Source: Spirochaetes bacterium ADurb.BinA120
GTDB lineage: Bacteria; Spirochaetota; UBA4802; UBA5368
Length of the DNA stretch: 64,000 nt
NCBI GenBank assembly: GCA_002069125.1
Contig: MVZN01000008.1
Span: 5,643-69,642 of the forward strand
Direction of reading: 5' to 3'
Below, in pieces: positions 19,091 through 32,065 of this stretch (within the stretch, counting starts at the first letter, position 1; each line of letters begins with the position of its first letter). The notes beneath the pieces are model-generated. The model ran no database searches, was not told where the DNA came from, and saw only the letters and a program-made list of their open reading frames with translations. A program made the translations under genes and the position numbers.

Positions 19091-20233
19091 ATGGGCGCCG
19101 AAACCTTCATCGAACGGCTAATGCGTTCCCTCGATCCGTTGAAAGACACGCTTTCCATCGGCTGTCTGGATGTGATCGTGCGACGGGACGGTTCTTATAT
19201 CTCGAAGATGAAGAAGATGTTCGATGGATCCTTTCCGGTGGTGGCCATCACGCGCCTTGTCGAGACCGGAGCCCTCGATTCGATTGAAGGCTCGCCGGTG
19301 TTGAATCTAAAATTTGCAGATACCGGCGGAGAGGTCTACTCGTCGCTTTTCCCCCTCGCCGGTGAAGCCGGCGCCGGATTTATCGTTATGCAGGGCCACT
19401 CTCCGACGGGGCCGGCGGAAAAGGCGCTTGGTCTGTTTCTCGCGGAGATGCTCGCGGACCAGGCGGACGGACCGGGGCGCGAAGACGCGGAGGCCGGTGG
19501 GAAATACCGCAAGGGCCTGCTCGACATGCGCGAGATCCAGGCGAAGCTGTTTCCCCGCTTCGGAGATGTGGACGGGCTCGACATCGCCTCCGTTTATCTG
19601 CCCGTGGAGCTCATGTCCGGCGATTTTATCGACGCTTTTTTACTCGAAGATGGGCTCTACCAGATCACCGGCTGCGATGTGACCGGTTACGACGCGGCCT
19701 CCTCATACGTGGGGGCGGCGATGCGCACACTCGTCAAGTCGCTCTCGTCGAGGAAAATCGTCCCGTCGGCGCTCATAAATCTTGTGGTCTCCAAGCTGGA
19801 CAGGGCGCTGAGCGAGCTGAATTCGCTGGTCTATATGACGATTTTCCAGATCGAGCCGAAAACCGGCAAGACGAGGGCCTCCTCGCTGGGCCGGATGAAC
19901 ACAATATTGTATAAGGCCATGAAGAAAGGCTTCGTCGTTCTTAACAAGACCGCGATAGGCGGCGACCTGGCCAAGCGGCATTCCTTCAAGGATATCTCCT
20001 TCGTGCTTGAGCCCGGGGACATCCTGCTTTTTTATTCCAACGGCGTGACGGAGATTCCGACCGAGGACGGCAGGAATATTTTCGGGGAGGACAGGATCGT
20101 GCAGTGTTTAAACGAAAACCTCGCCGAGTCCTCGATGGATATAGTCCACGCCCTGGTTGAGGCTCTGTCGACCTTCAACAATCATTCCGGTTTCACGTTC
20201 GACGTTCTGTTGATCAGTATAAAGAAAACTTGA
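19091..20233 (+). CDS. PP2C-type (SpoIIE/RsbU-like) serine phosphatase
   Basis: C-terminal PPM fold signature (SGDFIDAF...GCDVTGYDAASS...FYSNGVTE...DDVLLISIK); start uncertain. Confidence 0.6.
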   Translation: MGAETFIERLMRSLDPLKDTLSIGCLDVIVRRDGSYISKMKKMFDGSFPVVAITRLVETGALDSIEGSPVLNLKFADTGGEVYSSLFPLAGEAGAGFIVMQGHSPTGPAEKALGLFLAEMLADQADGPGREDAEAGGKYRKGLLDMREIQAKLFPRFGDVDGLDIASVYLPVELMSGDFIDAFLLEDGLYQITGCDVTGYDAASSYVGAAMRTLVKSLSSRKIVPSALINLVVSKLDRALSELNSLVYMTIFQIEPKTGKTRASSLGRMNTILYKAMKKGFVVLNKTAIGGDLAKRHSFKDISFVLEPGDILLFYSNGVTEIPTEDGRNIFGEDRIVQCLNENLAESSMDIVHALVEALSTFNNHSGFTFDVLLISIKKT

Positions 20234-20300
20234 CTTTAGTGGATTCCGCGGGGGATGATGTCCCGTCCCTGTGGAGACGACAATTATCATTGGTAAATAT

Positions 20301-21143
20301 ATGAAGTCCCTTTCCATATTTTTGTTCAGGATTATTCCGACCAGCCTGCTCTCCCGCTGTTTCGGATACGCGGCGAGGATTCCGCTTCCGGCCTTTCTGC
20401 TCGAGCGGATAACGGACTGGTACTCCGTGCGCTTCGGCGTAAAAACCGACGAGATCGAGCGTCCGGCCGGAGGCTTCGGCTCGCTCGACGCCTTTTTTAC
20501 GAGAAGGCTAAAACCCGGAGTTCATGTAGTGGACGCCAGTCCCGGCTCCGTCGTGTCCCCGGTCGATGCCCGAGTCGATCAGCATGGACAGATCGAAGGG
20601 GGAACCGTGTTTCAGGCCAAAGGCGTAGGTTATGCGCTTTCGGACCTCATCCCCTCCGATTATCACCGTAATTTCGTAGACGGCTCGTTTTTAACATTGT
20701 ACCTCTCGCCGGGCGATTATCACCGCATACATTCGCCTGTGGCCGGCGAGGTCGCGGGGTACTTCGCGCTGCCCGGCAGGCTCTTCACTGTCCAGGACTT
20801 CATGGTGCGCGGCGTTCCGGGGCTTTTCGCAAGGAACGAAAGGCTAATAAGCTATATCGAGAGCGCCGCGGGGCCTGTGGCCGTAGTGAAGGTCGGGGCC
20901 ATGAACGTTGGACGCATCACCGTTTGCTACGATGGGGTTGTCACCAATCGCGCATTCAGGCGGAGGACCGAACATTTCTATCCCGATGGGGCACGGCCCC
21001 ACGTCGAAAAGGGGGGCGACCTGGGGGCATTCCATCTGGGTTCGACGATCGTGGTCCTTTTTGGCAAGGGCGCCGTCAGGCTGGAGGCGTTCGAGCCTGG
21101 GGCCCGTGTCCGGGTCGGGCAGAGGATCGCCCTGTTCAGATAG
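20301..21143 (+). CDS. psd: Phosphatidylserine decarboxylase proenzyme
   Basis: LSPGDYHR motif and LGST self-cleavage site (FHLGSTIV); typical size. Confidence 0.8.
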   Translation: MKSLSIFLFRIIPTSLLSRCFGYAARIPLPAFLLERITDWYSVRFGVKTDEIERPAGGFGSLDAFFTRRLKPGVHVVDASPGSVVSPVDARVDQHGQIEGGTVFQAKGVGYALSDLIPSDYHRNFVDGSFLTLYLSPGDYHRIHSPVAGEVAGYFALPGRLFTVQDFMVRGVPGLFARNERLISYIESAAGPVAVVKVGAMNVGRITVCYDGVVTNRAFRRRTEHFYPDGARPHVEKGGDLGAFHLGSTIVVLFGKGAVRLEAFEPGARVRVGQRIALFR

Positions 21144-21201
21144 ACGATTTTATTGCCGACACCGCGTTTTGCACATATCTTCCAGTCCAGGAGGCGATGA
21201 T

Positions 21202-21936
21202 ATGGTACCTGCGCGAACGGCATCGATCACTACGCATATCAATTCACAGATCGCGACCTGGCGAAAACAGCGCGAGAGGATGGACCTCGAAACGAAGAGG
21301 CCGGGCCCCATCCGCCCAACGGGCCCATTCGTTACAATCTCTCGCGAGTATGGCTGCGGGGGGTTCGAGATAGCGGAAAAAATGGCCGGCATCCTAAACC
21401 GGGAGCGCCGTCCCTCGCCGCAATGGGCGGCCTACGACCGTGCGATCCTCGATACTATCATGGAGGACCTGGGGCTGAGCTCGAGCCTCATGGAGACCCT
21501 CACATCGCCCGCCCGAAAACAGATCGACGACTTTCTGCAGACGGCGCTTGGCGAACTCCCTTCGCAGGTCGTGGTCTACCGCCGGCTCGCGGAGACCGTC
21601 CGGACGCTTGCCACAAACGGCAACGTAATCATCGTAGGAAGGGCCGGGCGGGCCATTACTCGCGGCCTTGATGGAGGATACCATGTGAGGATAGTCGCGC
21701 CGTTCGAATGGCGCGCGGAGCGCATCGCCGGCCTGTGCGGCCTTTCGCGCAGGGAGGCGGAAAAGATGATAAGGGAGAAGGGTGGCTTGCGAGAGGATTT
21801 CCTGCGCCGTTTCGTAAAATTCGAGAGCACCGAGCCGGGGGACTATCACCTCGTCGTCAATAACGCGCTGCACGGCATGGACGGAACGGCGAGGATGATC
21901 ATCGCCGGGCTTTCGGCGATGGGTCTTTTGGGCTGA
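21202..21936 (+). CDS. Cytidylate kinase-like family protein
   Basis: ISREYGCGG P-loop-like start typical of the cytidylate-kinase-like family. AGGAGG RBS 9 nt upstream of the ATG at 21202. Confidence 0.55.
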   Translation: MVPARTASITTHINSQIATWRKQRERMDLETKRPGPIRPTGPFVTISREYGCGGFEIAEKMAGILNRERRPSPQWAAYDRAILDTIMEDLGLSSSLMETLTSPARKQIDDFLQTALGELPSQVVVYRRLAETVRTLATNGNVIIVGRAGRAITRGLDGGYHVRIVAPFEWRAERIAGLCGLSRREAEKMIREKGGLREDFLRRFVKFESTEPGDYHLVVNNALHGMDGTARMIIAGLSAMGLLG

Positions 21937-21943
21937 GCCTTAT

Positions 21944-22438
21944 ATGGAGTACGCGGGCGCGTTGCAATCGTATACGCTCGACAGCGGCGTGTTATCGTTC
22001 GATCCGGCAAGGGGAATCCTTGTGTGCCGCGAGGCCGGTGAAGAGCGGCGCAAGCGCTGGGTAAAGAAGCTGGATGGCGTCGTCTGGGTGGGGAATATTA
22101 TAGAAGACGGCGAGCGCTATTACGTCGCCTGCGAGAGCGGAGAGGCGAACGGGCAGTTCCTCGCGATCGACAGGCGCACCGGCGCGACGGCGTGGTTCAT
22201 TCCCGGGAGGTCGTTTCTTCAGCTTGTTTACGAAGAGGGCTTGTACATAATTTTCGTCGACGGATCCATGAGGCATTATCTTCTGAGGATCGATACGGCC
22301 GACGGCTCCACGCTGTGGCACCATAAGGTGGACGAGGACCTGGCGGAATACAGTTTCAGGGAGCGCGCCATTACGCTCCGCTACGCCTCCGGAAAGATGG
22401 AGGTCCTCGACCCGCATAGCGGCCTGTGTGCGCGTTAA
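21944..22438 (+). CDS. Hypothetical protein with PQQ-like beta-propeller repeats
   Basis: Repeated G-x-T-x-W motifs (TGATAWF, DGSTLWHH); 164 aa. Confidence 0.4.
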   Translation: MEYAGALQSYTLDSGVLSFDPARGILVCREAGEERRKRWVKKLDGVVWVGNIIEDGERYYVACESGEANGQFLAIDRRTGATAWFIPGRSFLQLVYEEGLYIIFVDGSMRHYLLRIDTADGSTLWHHKVDEDLAEYSFRERAITLRYASGKMEVLDPHSGLCAR

Positions 22439-22592
22439 AAGCGGGCACTTTTCTCTCAAACATCCGGCGCGGGCTGTCGATAATTCCAATTAGAAGGGGC
22501 GTATTGTCGTCGGCTCCCCGCAGGCGGGCGCGGACGGAACGCGCGTTCCGGAATCGATTGGACAACCAAAGGATGACGAGCGAGGACATGCT

Positions 22593-23432
22593 ATGAGAAC
22601 TGCGGTACCGAGGGAAGCGGTCGACATATACAATAACGCCCTGGCCCTGTCCACCAGGGGCGATTACAGTAAGGCGCTCAGCGAGTATTCCAAGGCAATA
22701 GAGCTGTATCCGCGCTTCATCGAGGCGTACAACAACATCGGAGAGATCTATTCGCGCATCGGCGACAGGGAGCACGCGATTTCCACATACATGCGGGCGC
22801 TTTCCATCGAGCGGAACCATAAAATTCTGCTAAATATTGGGGTCGAATATTACAACAGGCACGACTACCAGCAGGCCCTGAAGTATTTCAGGGAATCGCT
22901 TGCAAGCGAGCCCGGCTTTCTGGAGGGGAATTTTTATCTTGGCATGACCCTGTTCAACCTGAAGGAGTTGCGACTGGCCGAGGGCGCGTTTGCGAGGGTC
23001 GTCTCGATCGACAGGCGCCATCTGAAGGCGAATTACATGCTGTCGTACATCTATTACGAATGGAAGGAATACGCGAAGACCATCGAGTGCCTCGACCGCA
23101 TCCGCGACATCGCCGACGACAGGCAGTTCGTCAATAAATACTACGGGTTTTGCCACTTCCACATGGGTAATTTCGACAAGGCGATCGAGTACCTCACGGT
23201 AGCGCTCGAGTCGAACCCGCGCTACGCCAGGTTCCGCAACTACCTGCGGGAGCTCACCTACGAAAACAAGCTAAAGGAGATAGGAGACCTCGACGGGCGC
23301 GTGCGCGAGATGGAGGCGAAGCTTCTGAGGTCCACGCCCTCGATCCGCGAGCTTTCACATCTTAGCATGCTCTATATATTCAAGGGGGAGTACAAGAAGG
23401 CCGAGAACCTGCTCCTTTCCGCCAGGCCCTAG
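22593..23432 (+). CDS. TPR-repeat protein
   Basis: Canonical TPR repeats (AYNNIGEIYSRIGDREHAISTYMRAL etc.). Confidence 0.65.
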   Translation: MRTAVPREAVDIYNNALALSTRGDYSKALSEYSKAIELYPRFIEAYNNIGEIYSRIGDREHAISTYMRALSIERNHKILLNIGVEYYNRHDYQQALKYFRESLASEPGFLEGNFYLGMTLFNLKELRLAEGAFARVVSIDRRHLKANYMLSYIYYEWKEYAKTIECLDRIRDIADDRQFVNKYYGFCHFHMGNFDKAIEYLTVALESNPRYARFRNYLRELTYENKLKEIGDLDGRVREMEAKLLRSTPSIRELSHLSMLYIFKGEYKKAENLLLSARP

Positions 23433-24115
23433 CAGGTCGCCGCGGCCCCCGTCCCCGCCGCGCACCCGTTGAATGGAGCGCGCCTCAGGCCGCAGGCGGC
23501 GCGGGAGCACCTTTCGCAGCTTACGAATCCTTCGCTCGACGTAAAAAATATTCCCGAAATCGACTTAAGCGGCCTCATGACAAGACTGTCGGTAAGCGCC
23601 ACGCCTATCCGGGCCGCGGAGCGGCCCAGGAGCGCGAATAGCTTCCGCTGCTCATCGAGGGGCCAGGTCGCAAGCGAGCCCGGGTTCATCATCGCGAGGG
23701 GGCCGGCGCCATGGCGTTCGGCGATGAGAGTTTTAAGGGAGTCGACAGCCGATTCGAGCGCGAGGTTCGCGATCACATCGGCCCGGTAGCGATCGAGCAT
23801 GTCGCAGAACGAGCCGGCCCATTCCTCCAGATGCGTCCCGCAGGTCGCGATGAACGGGAACACGGTCTTTTGCCCGTCGAGGTTTTCGGCGAGCAGGGTC
23901 CCGTCGAAGGATATGCCGTCTATGTCGACGCCATCGGCGCGCGGGCGGGCCAGGCGTGATATCCTGTACACGGCGGAGGGGGCGCCCGCCGCCTCCGCCT
24001 CCCGCGCCATCTCCTCCGTGCGCAGGGACGAGTATGCGTCGGGCGGCGCGCCGAGCGCGGACTCCAGGCGGGCCCGGTCTACGGAAAAGGGGATGCCTTC
24101 GAGGACGGTTTCCAT
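23429..24115 (-). CDS. Hypothetical protein, possibly methionine-synthase activation-domain-like
   Basis: 228-aa ORF with coding-like composition. Weak resemblance to stand-alone Met_synt_B12-like proteins; not confirmed. Confidence 0.4.
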   Translation of the reverse strand: METVLEGIPFSVDRARLESALGAPPDAYSSLRTEEMAREAEAAGAPSAVYRISRLARPRADGVDIDGISFDGTLLAENLDGQKTVFPFIATCGTHLEEWAGSFCDMLDRYRADVIANLALESAVDSLKTLIAERHGAGPLAMMNPGSLATWPLDEQRKLFALLGRSAARIGVALTDSLVMRPLKSISGIFFTSSEGFVSCERCSRAACGLRRAPFNGCAAGTGAAATC

Positions 24116-24144
24116 CCCGCCTGGCTTCTGTCAGAAAACGCGGC

Positions 24145-24635
24145 CTAACACGAACATCCGGACCCGCATGAATCGCATCCGCCCGCTCCGCACGGGTCGC
24201 CGTATTTTGCGCTGTCGTTTATCTCGAGGAGCTTGATGTGGAAGTGCAGGGCCTTTCCGGAGAGCGGATGGTTGAGGTCTATGGTCACGATTTCGTCGGT
24301 AATTTCCGTTATCGTGGCGGGAACGCGCTCCCCGTTGTCGAGCTGAACGCCTATCGTCATGCCGATCTCGGGTTCGAACTGCGATCGAACGTCGGTCACC
24401 GGAAAGCGGTGTAAAAGCGATTCGTCGTAGTCGCCGTAGGCTTCGGCGGGCGGAAGCACGATGTCTATCTCTTCATCTATCTTCATGCCGGCCACGGCGC
24501 TGTCGAAGCCGGGAATGACCATCCCTGCGCCCAGTTGAAACTCGAGCGGCTCCCCGTCCGTGGAGGTGTCGAACACCTCTCCGTTCTCGAGTGAACCTGT
24601 ATAGTGAACGACCACGTATTTCCCATTCTCAGTCA
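24145..24635 (-). CDS. slyD: FKBP-type peptidyl-prolyl cis-trans isomerase SlyD with C-terminal Cys-rich metal-binding tail
   Basis: FKBP core (VVVHYTGSLENGEVFDTS...LEFQLGAGMVIPGFD) with insert-in-flap domain and tail GDPCGAGGCDSCGSGCSC. AGGAGA RBS upstream. Confidence 0.75.
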
Positions 24636-24674
24636 TGAGTGTTCTCCTTTGATTTTTTTTTGCCCGCGTTGGAC

Positions 24675-25148
24675 CTACCAGTCCGTCATGTCGAATTTCC
24701 AGTACGGTCCCTCCTTTACGAACGAAAGCTCCATGCCGTTCTGGGCCGTAAGGACCGCCCCGGTGTCCTTTATCTCGCATTTCAGTATGCCGCTGTCCAG
24801 GGCCTTCCCCAGCGCGTCGTCGTTCTGCGCGCGCGCGAGGCGCATCTCGAGGCCCAAATAGGCCGTGGGCGAAAGGCTTGAGAGCCGTTCCGCCTCCACC
24901 CCATAGCGTTCGGCGAGCTTTTCGCGCCGCTTTTCCCCCATTGCCGCGATGAGGGAGCTCATCGTCGTGACATGGCGTATGCTCTCCTCCGATAGCGCCG
25001 TAAGCATGAGCTCGGGATTTCCCCTGTGATACGCCTTCTGTATAACGCCGAAAGCCTCCTCCGGCGAAAGGGGACCACGCGAAGAGCACGATGCGGCGAA
25101 TACGATAAGGGCAAGCATTGCCCGAAAGGCCATGCTCAATACACGCAT
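24675..25148 (-). CDS. Hypothetical lipoprotein
   Basis: Signal peptide with lipobox (LIVFAASCSS), 157 aa. Overlaps the panC 3' end by 13 nt. Confidence 0.45.
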   Translation of the reverse strand: MRVLSMAFRAMLALIVFAASCSSRGPLSPEEAFGVIQKAYHRGNPELMLTALSEESIRHVTTMSSLIAAMGEKRREKLAERYGVEAERLSSLSPTAYLGLEMRLARAQNDDALGKALDSGILKCEIKDTGAVLTAQNGMELSFVKEGPYWKFDMTDW

Positions 25149-26005
25149 GAGAACTTTCCCTCCCTCTCTTCGACTATCATGTTGTCGATCAGCCTGGTGG
25201 GCCCGAAAAAGGCCGCAACGGCGAGAACGCTCCTTTCGGAGATTTCGTCGGCTGGCTGGAGGTCACTATAGCGCACCAGGCTCGCGTAATCTATTTTATC
25301 GGGCCTGCCGGTGGAAAGCTCTTTTTTTACCTCGGAAAGAATTTTACGGGCCGAACGCTCGCCGGAGGCTATCATCCCTTCCGCCATCCGCAATGATCGG
25401 ATGATACAGAGCGAGCGCCTTCGTTCGTCCGGGTCCAGGTGCTTGTTACGGGAGCTCATTGCGAGGCCGTCCTCCTCCCGCACGGTTGGGGCTATTACTA
25501 TTTTCAGCGGGAAGTCGAGGTCCATGACCATCTTTTCGAGGCTAACCGCCTGTTGAATGTCCTTCTGGCCGAATACGGCCACGTCGGGCAGCACGATGTT
25601 AAAAAGCTTGCTTACGACGGTAAACACTCCCCGGAAATGGCCGGGCCGATGAGCGCCGCAGAGGTGATCGGTCAACAGCTCCATGTCCACGAACGTGCGC
25701 CGATCGCGGTACATTTCGTCGTCGCCGGGGGCGAAAACAAGATCGACTCCGCAGTCGCGTGCGACGGCGAGGTCGCGCTCGAGGTCCCTCGGATAGCGCG
25801 AGAAGTCGCCGGCATCGTTGAACTGAATCCTGTTGACGAAGATGCTCATCACCTGGAATCCGCTTAGCTTTTTCGAATGCTCGACAAGGCTGGTGTGTCC
25901 CCTGTGCAGGTAGCCCATGGTGGGAACGAACCCGATGCCCTTGCCATCCAGGCGGGCCGAGCGCACTATCGAACGGACTTCCTCTATGGTGCGGACTGTC
26001 TGCAT
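25136..26005 (-). CDS. panC: Pantoate--beta-alanine ligase
   Basis: PanC motifs (GFVPTMGYLHRGH; MSIFVN..QF; VFGQKDIQQ; MSSRN). The internal Met MQTVRT was chosen as the start, with a GGAGG RBS. The longer ORF-track N-terminus is Arg-rich and implausible. Confidence 0.85.
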   Translation of the reverse strand: MQTVRTIEEVRSIVRSARLDGKGIGFVPTMGYLHRGHTSLVEHSKKLSGFQVMSIFVNRIQFNDAGDFSRYPRDLERDLAVARDCGVDLVFAPGDDEMYRDRRTFVDMELLTDHLCGAHRPGHFRGVFTVVSKLFNIVLPDVAVFGQKDIQQAVSLEKMVMDLDFPLKIVIAPTVREEDGLAMSSRNKHLDPDERRRSLCIIRSLRMAEGMIASGERSARKILSEVKKELSTGRPDKIDYASLVRYSDLQPADEISERSVLAVAAFFGPTRLIDNMIVEEREGKFSCVY

Positions 26006-26028
26006 CGTGGCCTCCTTTCCGCGGTCTT

Positions 26029-26892
26029 TTAATCGCTTCCCGGGCCCTGGGCCCTGCGTGCGGCTATTACCATCATGTCCCCCAGCCCGAAACGCTTGGC
26101 CGCGTAATCCGCGGCCTTTCGCACGATGGAGCCGGGAGCGCCGAAACCGCTGCCATAGGTGGACAGGGCCTCGACCTCGAAGCCCTTCATCTCCAGAAGC
26201 CGCTTCAATTGCCTGAACGTAAAGAAATACAGGTGTTCGGGAAAGTTGTAATAACGCCATCTTTCCCCCCGGAGAAGCATAAAGGGTCCCCCGGCGCGGC
26301 AGGTGGATATGTAGAGCCTGCCGCCTTCGGCGAGGTCTTCGCGTATCTTTTCGAGAAAAAGGTCGGGGCGGTGCAGGTGTTCTATGGTGGCCCACAGGCT
26401 TATGAGGTCGAAGCCGCCCTCGTAGCGCTGTTCCAGATAACCGCCCAGCGCAATATCGAGCCCCAGCCGCTCTCGGGCAAAAGCGACACAGCTTTCCGAG
26501 ATGTCGATTCCACGTGCGGTCCAGCCGCGCGAGGCGAGCATATTGACGAAATAGCCCGCGGCGCAGCCTATATCGAGCGATTTGCGCGGCCCTGGAAGAG
26601 AGCGTTCGAAATCCTCGAATCCCAGGTCCTCGAGATTGAGGAGAAAGAGGCGCTCGATCTGGGAGCGTGTCCCCGGCGCGAAGTAATCGTCGTAGCCCCG
26701 GTCGGTGCGCTGCGTGAAGTAGGTCGACTGATAGTACCGGCCTATCTCCGCTTCTGTGGGGCGCGGCGAGAGATAGCGCAGCCCGCAAGAGGCGCAGCGC
26801 ACCAGCGTAAAGGCTTCGCCTTCGGCCGAAGACCGCTCGAAGACGCTCCGGCGATTGTCCGCGCCGCAGAGTATGCAGGGGGGCTCTTCCAT
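26029..26892 (-). CDS. Class I SAM-dependent methyltransferase with N-terminal zinc-ribbon
   Basis: CxxC...CxxC N-terminus (CILCGADN...CASCGLRY) and SAM-binding motif (LDIGCAAGYF). Confidence 0.7.
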   Translation of the reverse strand: MEEPPCILCGADNRRSVFERSSAEGEAFTLVRCASCGLRYLSPRPTEAEIGRYYQSTYFTQRTDRGYDDYFAPGTRSQIERLFLLNLEDLGFEDFERSLPGPRKSLDIGCAAGYFVNMLASRGWTARGIDISESCVAFARERLGLDIALGGYLEQRYEGGFDLISLWATIEHLHRPDLFLEKIREDLAEGGRLYISTCRAGGPFMLLRGERWRYYNFPEHLYFFTFRQLKRLLEMKGFEVEALSTYGSGFGAPGSIVRKAADYAAKRFGLGDMMVIAARRAQGPGSD

Positions 26893-27094
26893 TTGACGGG
26901 GGAATAGCCCGTTTCGACCCGCGCGTCAAGGGTTTTTCCTCTCTATATGCGAAACGGACTTGAGAAGAAATAATCTTGCCATTTTCGGCATCGGGTGTTT
27001 TGAATCGTCCTGTTAAGCCATGCGCCGAACCGCTTCCGGCGCGTTCATTCGGGTTCCCGACATACTTGTGCCGAAAAACAGGCGGATAACGTAA

Positions 27095-28159
27095 ATGGAT
27101 TCATTGAGGACATCCCGGAAGGTACTGTTGATCTCCGATAACAAGCGTGCGTCGGTCGGCGTCCGGGGGGCCCTGGCGAGGGCCGGGCTGGAGGTGGAGA
27201 GCCGATATCTCAATCTATTTTCCATCCCAATGATTAAAAAAATACTCGCGCGCACCGGCAACACCGCGTTCATCCGCACCGGCCTCTTTCGCTTTATCCG
27301 CGAGGAGGGGGCCCCTTTCGCCGTGGTGATGGATTACGCGGCCGGCCTGGGGGCGGACCTGGGCGACGCCGACGGCAGGAAGCTTTTACGCACCTTCCTC
27401 ATCTCATACGTCATCCTATCGAGGGGCCGTGGCTTCGAATCTCTAAGGGCGAATTTCCTTCTGCTCGGGACATCGCGTAACATGGAAGAGATAGAGCGAA
27501 TAGAACGGGACCCGCTTTTGGCGCTCGACATGATCGCGACTGGGGATGCGATCGTGAATTCCTTCGTCCAGGACCTCCGCGCCGACAGGCAGGGCTTTCT
27601 GGGCCGTTTCCTGATACGGGGCCTCAATGCCGAGTCCCCGGGGGGCCATATCGCCGATATCGTGGGCAGATTCGTTCAGAGCGTCAATGACCGGGCGCGC
27701 CTTGCGCCGGCGGCCGTCATCGGCTCGGCCCCCTCGAACGAGGGGCCGGCCGCCCGGCTTCTATACCGTATCGACGAACGCAGGGTGTGGGCGGACGGAG
27801 ATATCTCGGACGTCGATTCCGCGCCCGAATACTCGGCGCTCAGGATGGGGGAGTTCTACCTGGAGGGTTATTACACCAACCGTAACCTCAAAGAGGTCGG
27901 CGATAAACTCAAGAACGCTATCGGAAGGGGTATCGCCACGCTGAAGTTCGACACAGACACGCCCATCGTCATCAACATGCAGGATCGCTGCGTTACCGAC
28001 GCCGGCACCGCCGCGTCCCTCGCCCAGATCCTGGCGCGCGACCTGGCCGGCTATGCCGGTATCCGCGTCAGCGTAAGCGAGGAGAACAGGAGGATTCTGG
28101 AAAAATCGACCGGATACAATCTTCTGCGGGAATACCTGCGTTTCGCCCCGGGGGCCTGA
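27095..28159 (+). CDS. Hypothetical protein with receiver-like N-terminus and STAS-like C-terminus
   Basis: N-terminus KVLLISDNKRASVGVRGALARAGLEV resembles a degenerate receiver. The C-terminus DRCVTDAGTAASLAQILARDL...NRRILEKSTGYNLL resembles the anti-sigma-antagonist (STAS) fold. Confidence 0.45.
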   Translation: MDSLRTSRKVLLISDNKRASVGVRGALARAGLEVESRYLNLFSIPMIKKILARTGNTAFIRTGLFRFIREEGAPFAVVMDYAAGLGADLGDADGRKLLRTFLISYVILSRGRGFESLRANFLLLGTSRNMEEIERIERDPLLALDMIATGDAIVNSFVQDLRADRQGFLGRFLIRGLNAESPGGHIADIVGRFVQSVNDRARLAPAAVIGSAPSNEGPAARLLYRIDERRVWADGDISDVDSAPEYSALRMGEFYLEGYYTNRNLKEVGDKLKNAIGRGIATLKFDTDTPIVINMQDRCVTDAGTAASLAQILARDLAGYAGIRVSVSEENRRILEKSTGYNLLREYLRFAPGA

Positions 28160-28177
28160 TACGCGCCTGCTTTCGCT

Positions 28178-31618
<3,441 letters not shown>

Positions 31619-31806
31619 GACGGGAACCCGCCTATGGTCGGGCAAAGGGGACATAATTTCAAGCACATTAATCAAAAAAATTCCGGCATATTTTTATTGA
31701 CTGATTTTCGGGCGGCTTCGATACTCCGCCTTGACGGTGCGTTTACGTTCCGTGCCGCCCTCCCGGCGCGCCCGGGCGACAAATCCAATAGGTGCGGCTG
31801 GCAATC

Positions 31807-31974
31807 ATGATAGATACCAAACTCCTCGATATTCTGGCCTGCCCGGTATGCAAGGGCGATATAGAATATGACGCCAGAAACGAAAAAATCATATGCACCG
31901 AGTGCGCCCGGAAATATCCGGTCAAAGACGGCATCCCGGTGATGCTGGCCGACGAGGCCGAGCAGGGCTCGTAA
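31807..31974 (+). CDS. Trm112 family protein (UPF0434)
   Basis: LLDILACPVCKGDIEYD...DGIPVML is the Trm112 zinc-ribbon signature; 55 aa. Confidence 0.7.
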   Translation: MIDTKLLDILACPVCKGDIEYDARNEKIICTECARKYPVKDGIPVMLADEAEQGS

Positions 31975-32065
31975 TTATATTGACAAAAATGCGTTACGGA
32001 GTTCATCCCCTTCCCCGGGGCAAGGGCGCGCCGTCGCCCCCATAATCCGATTCTGAAGGTAAACC

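Noticed and set aside
31619-31675. Upstream extension of dnaE (MINVLEIMSPLPDHRRVPV...)
   Set aside because: DnaE proteins conventionally begin at the PHP motif M-x-F-x-H-L-H. The 19-residue extension has no support, though it cannot be excluded without expression data.
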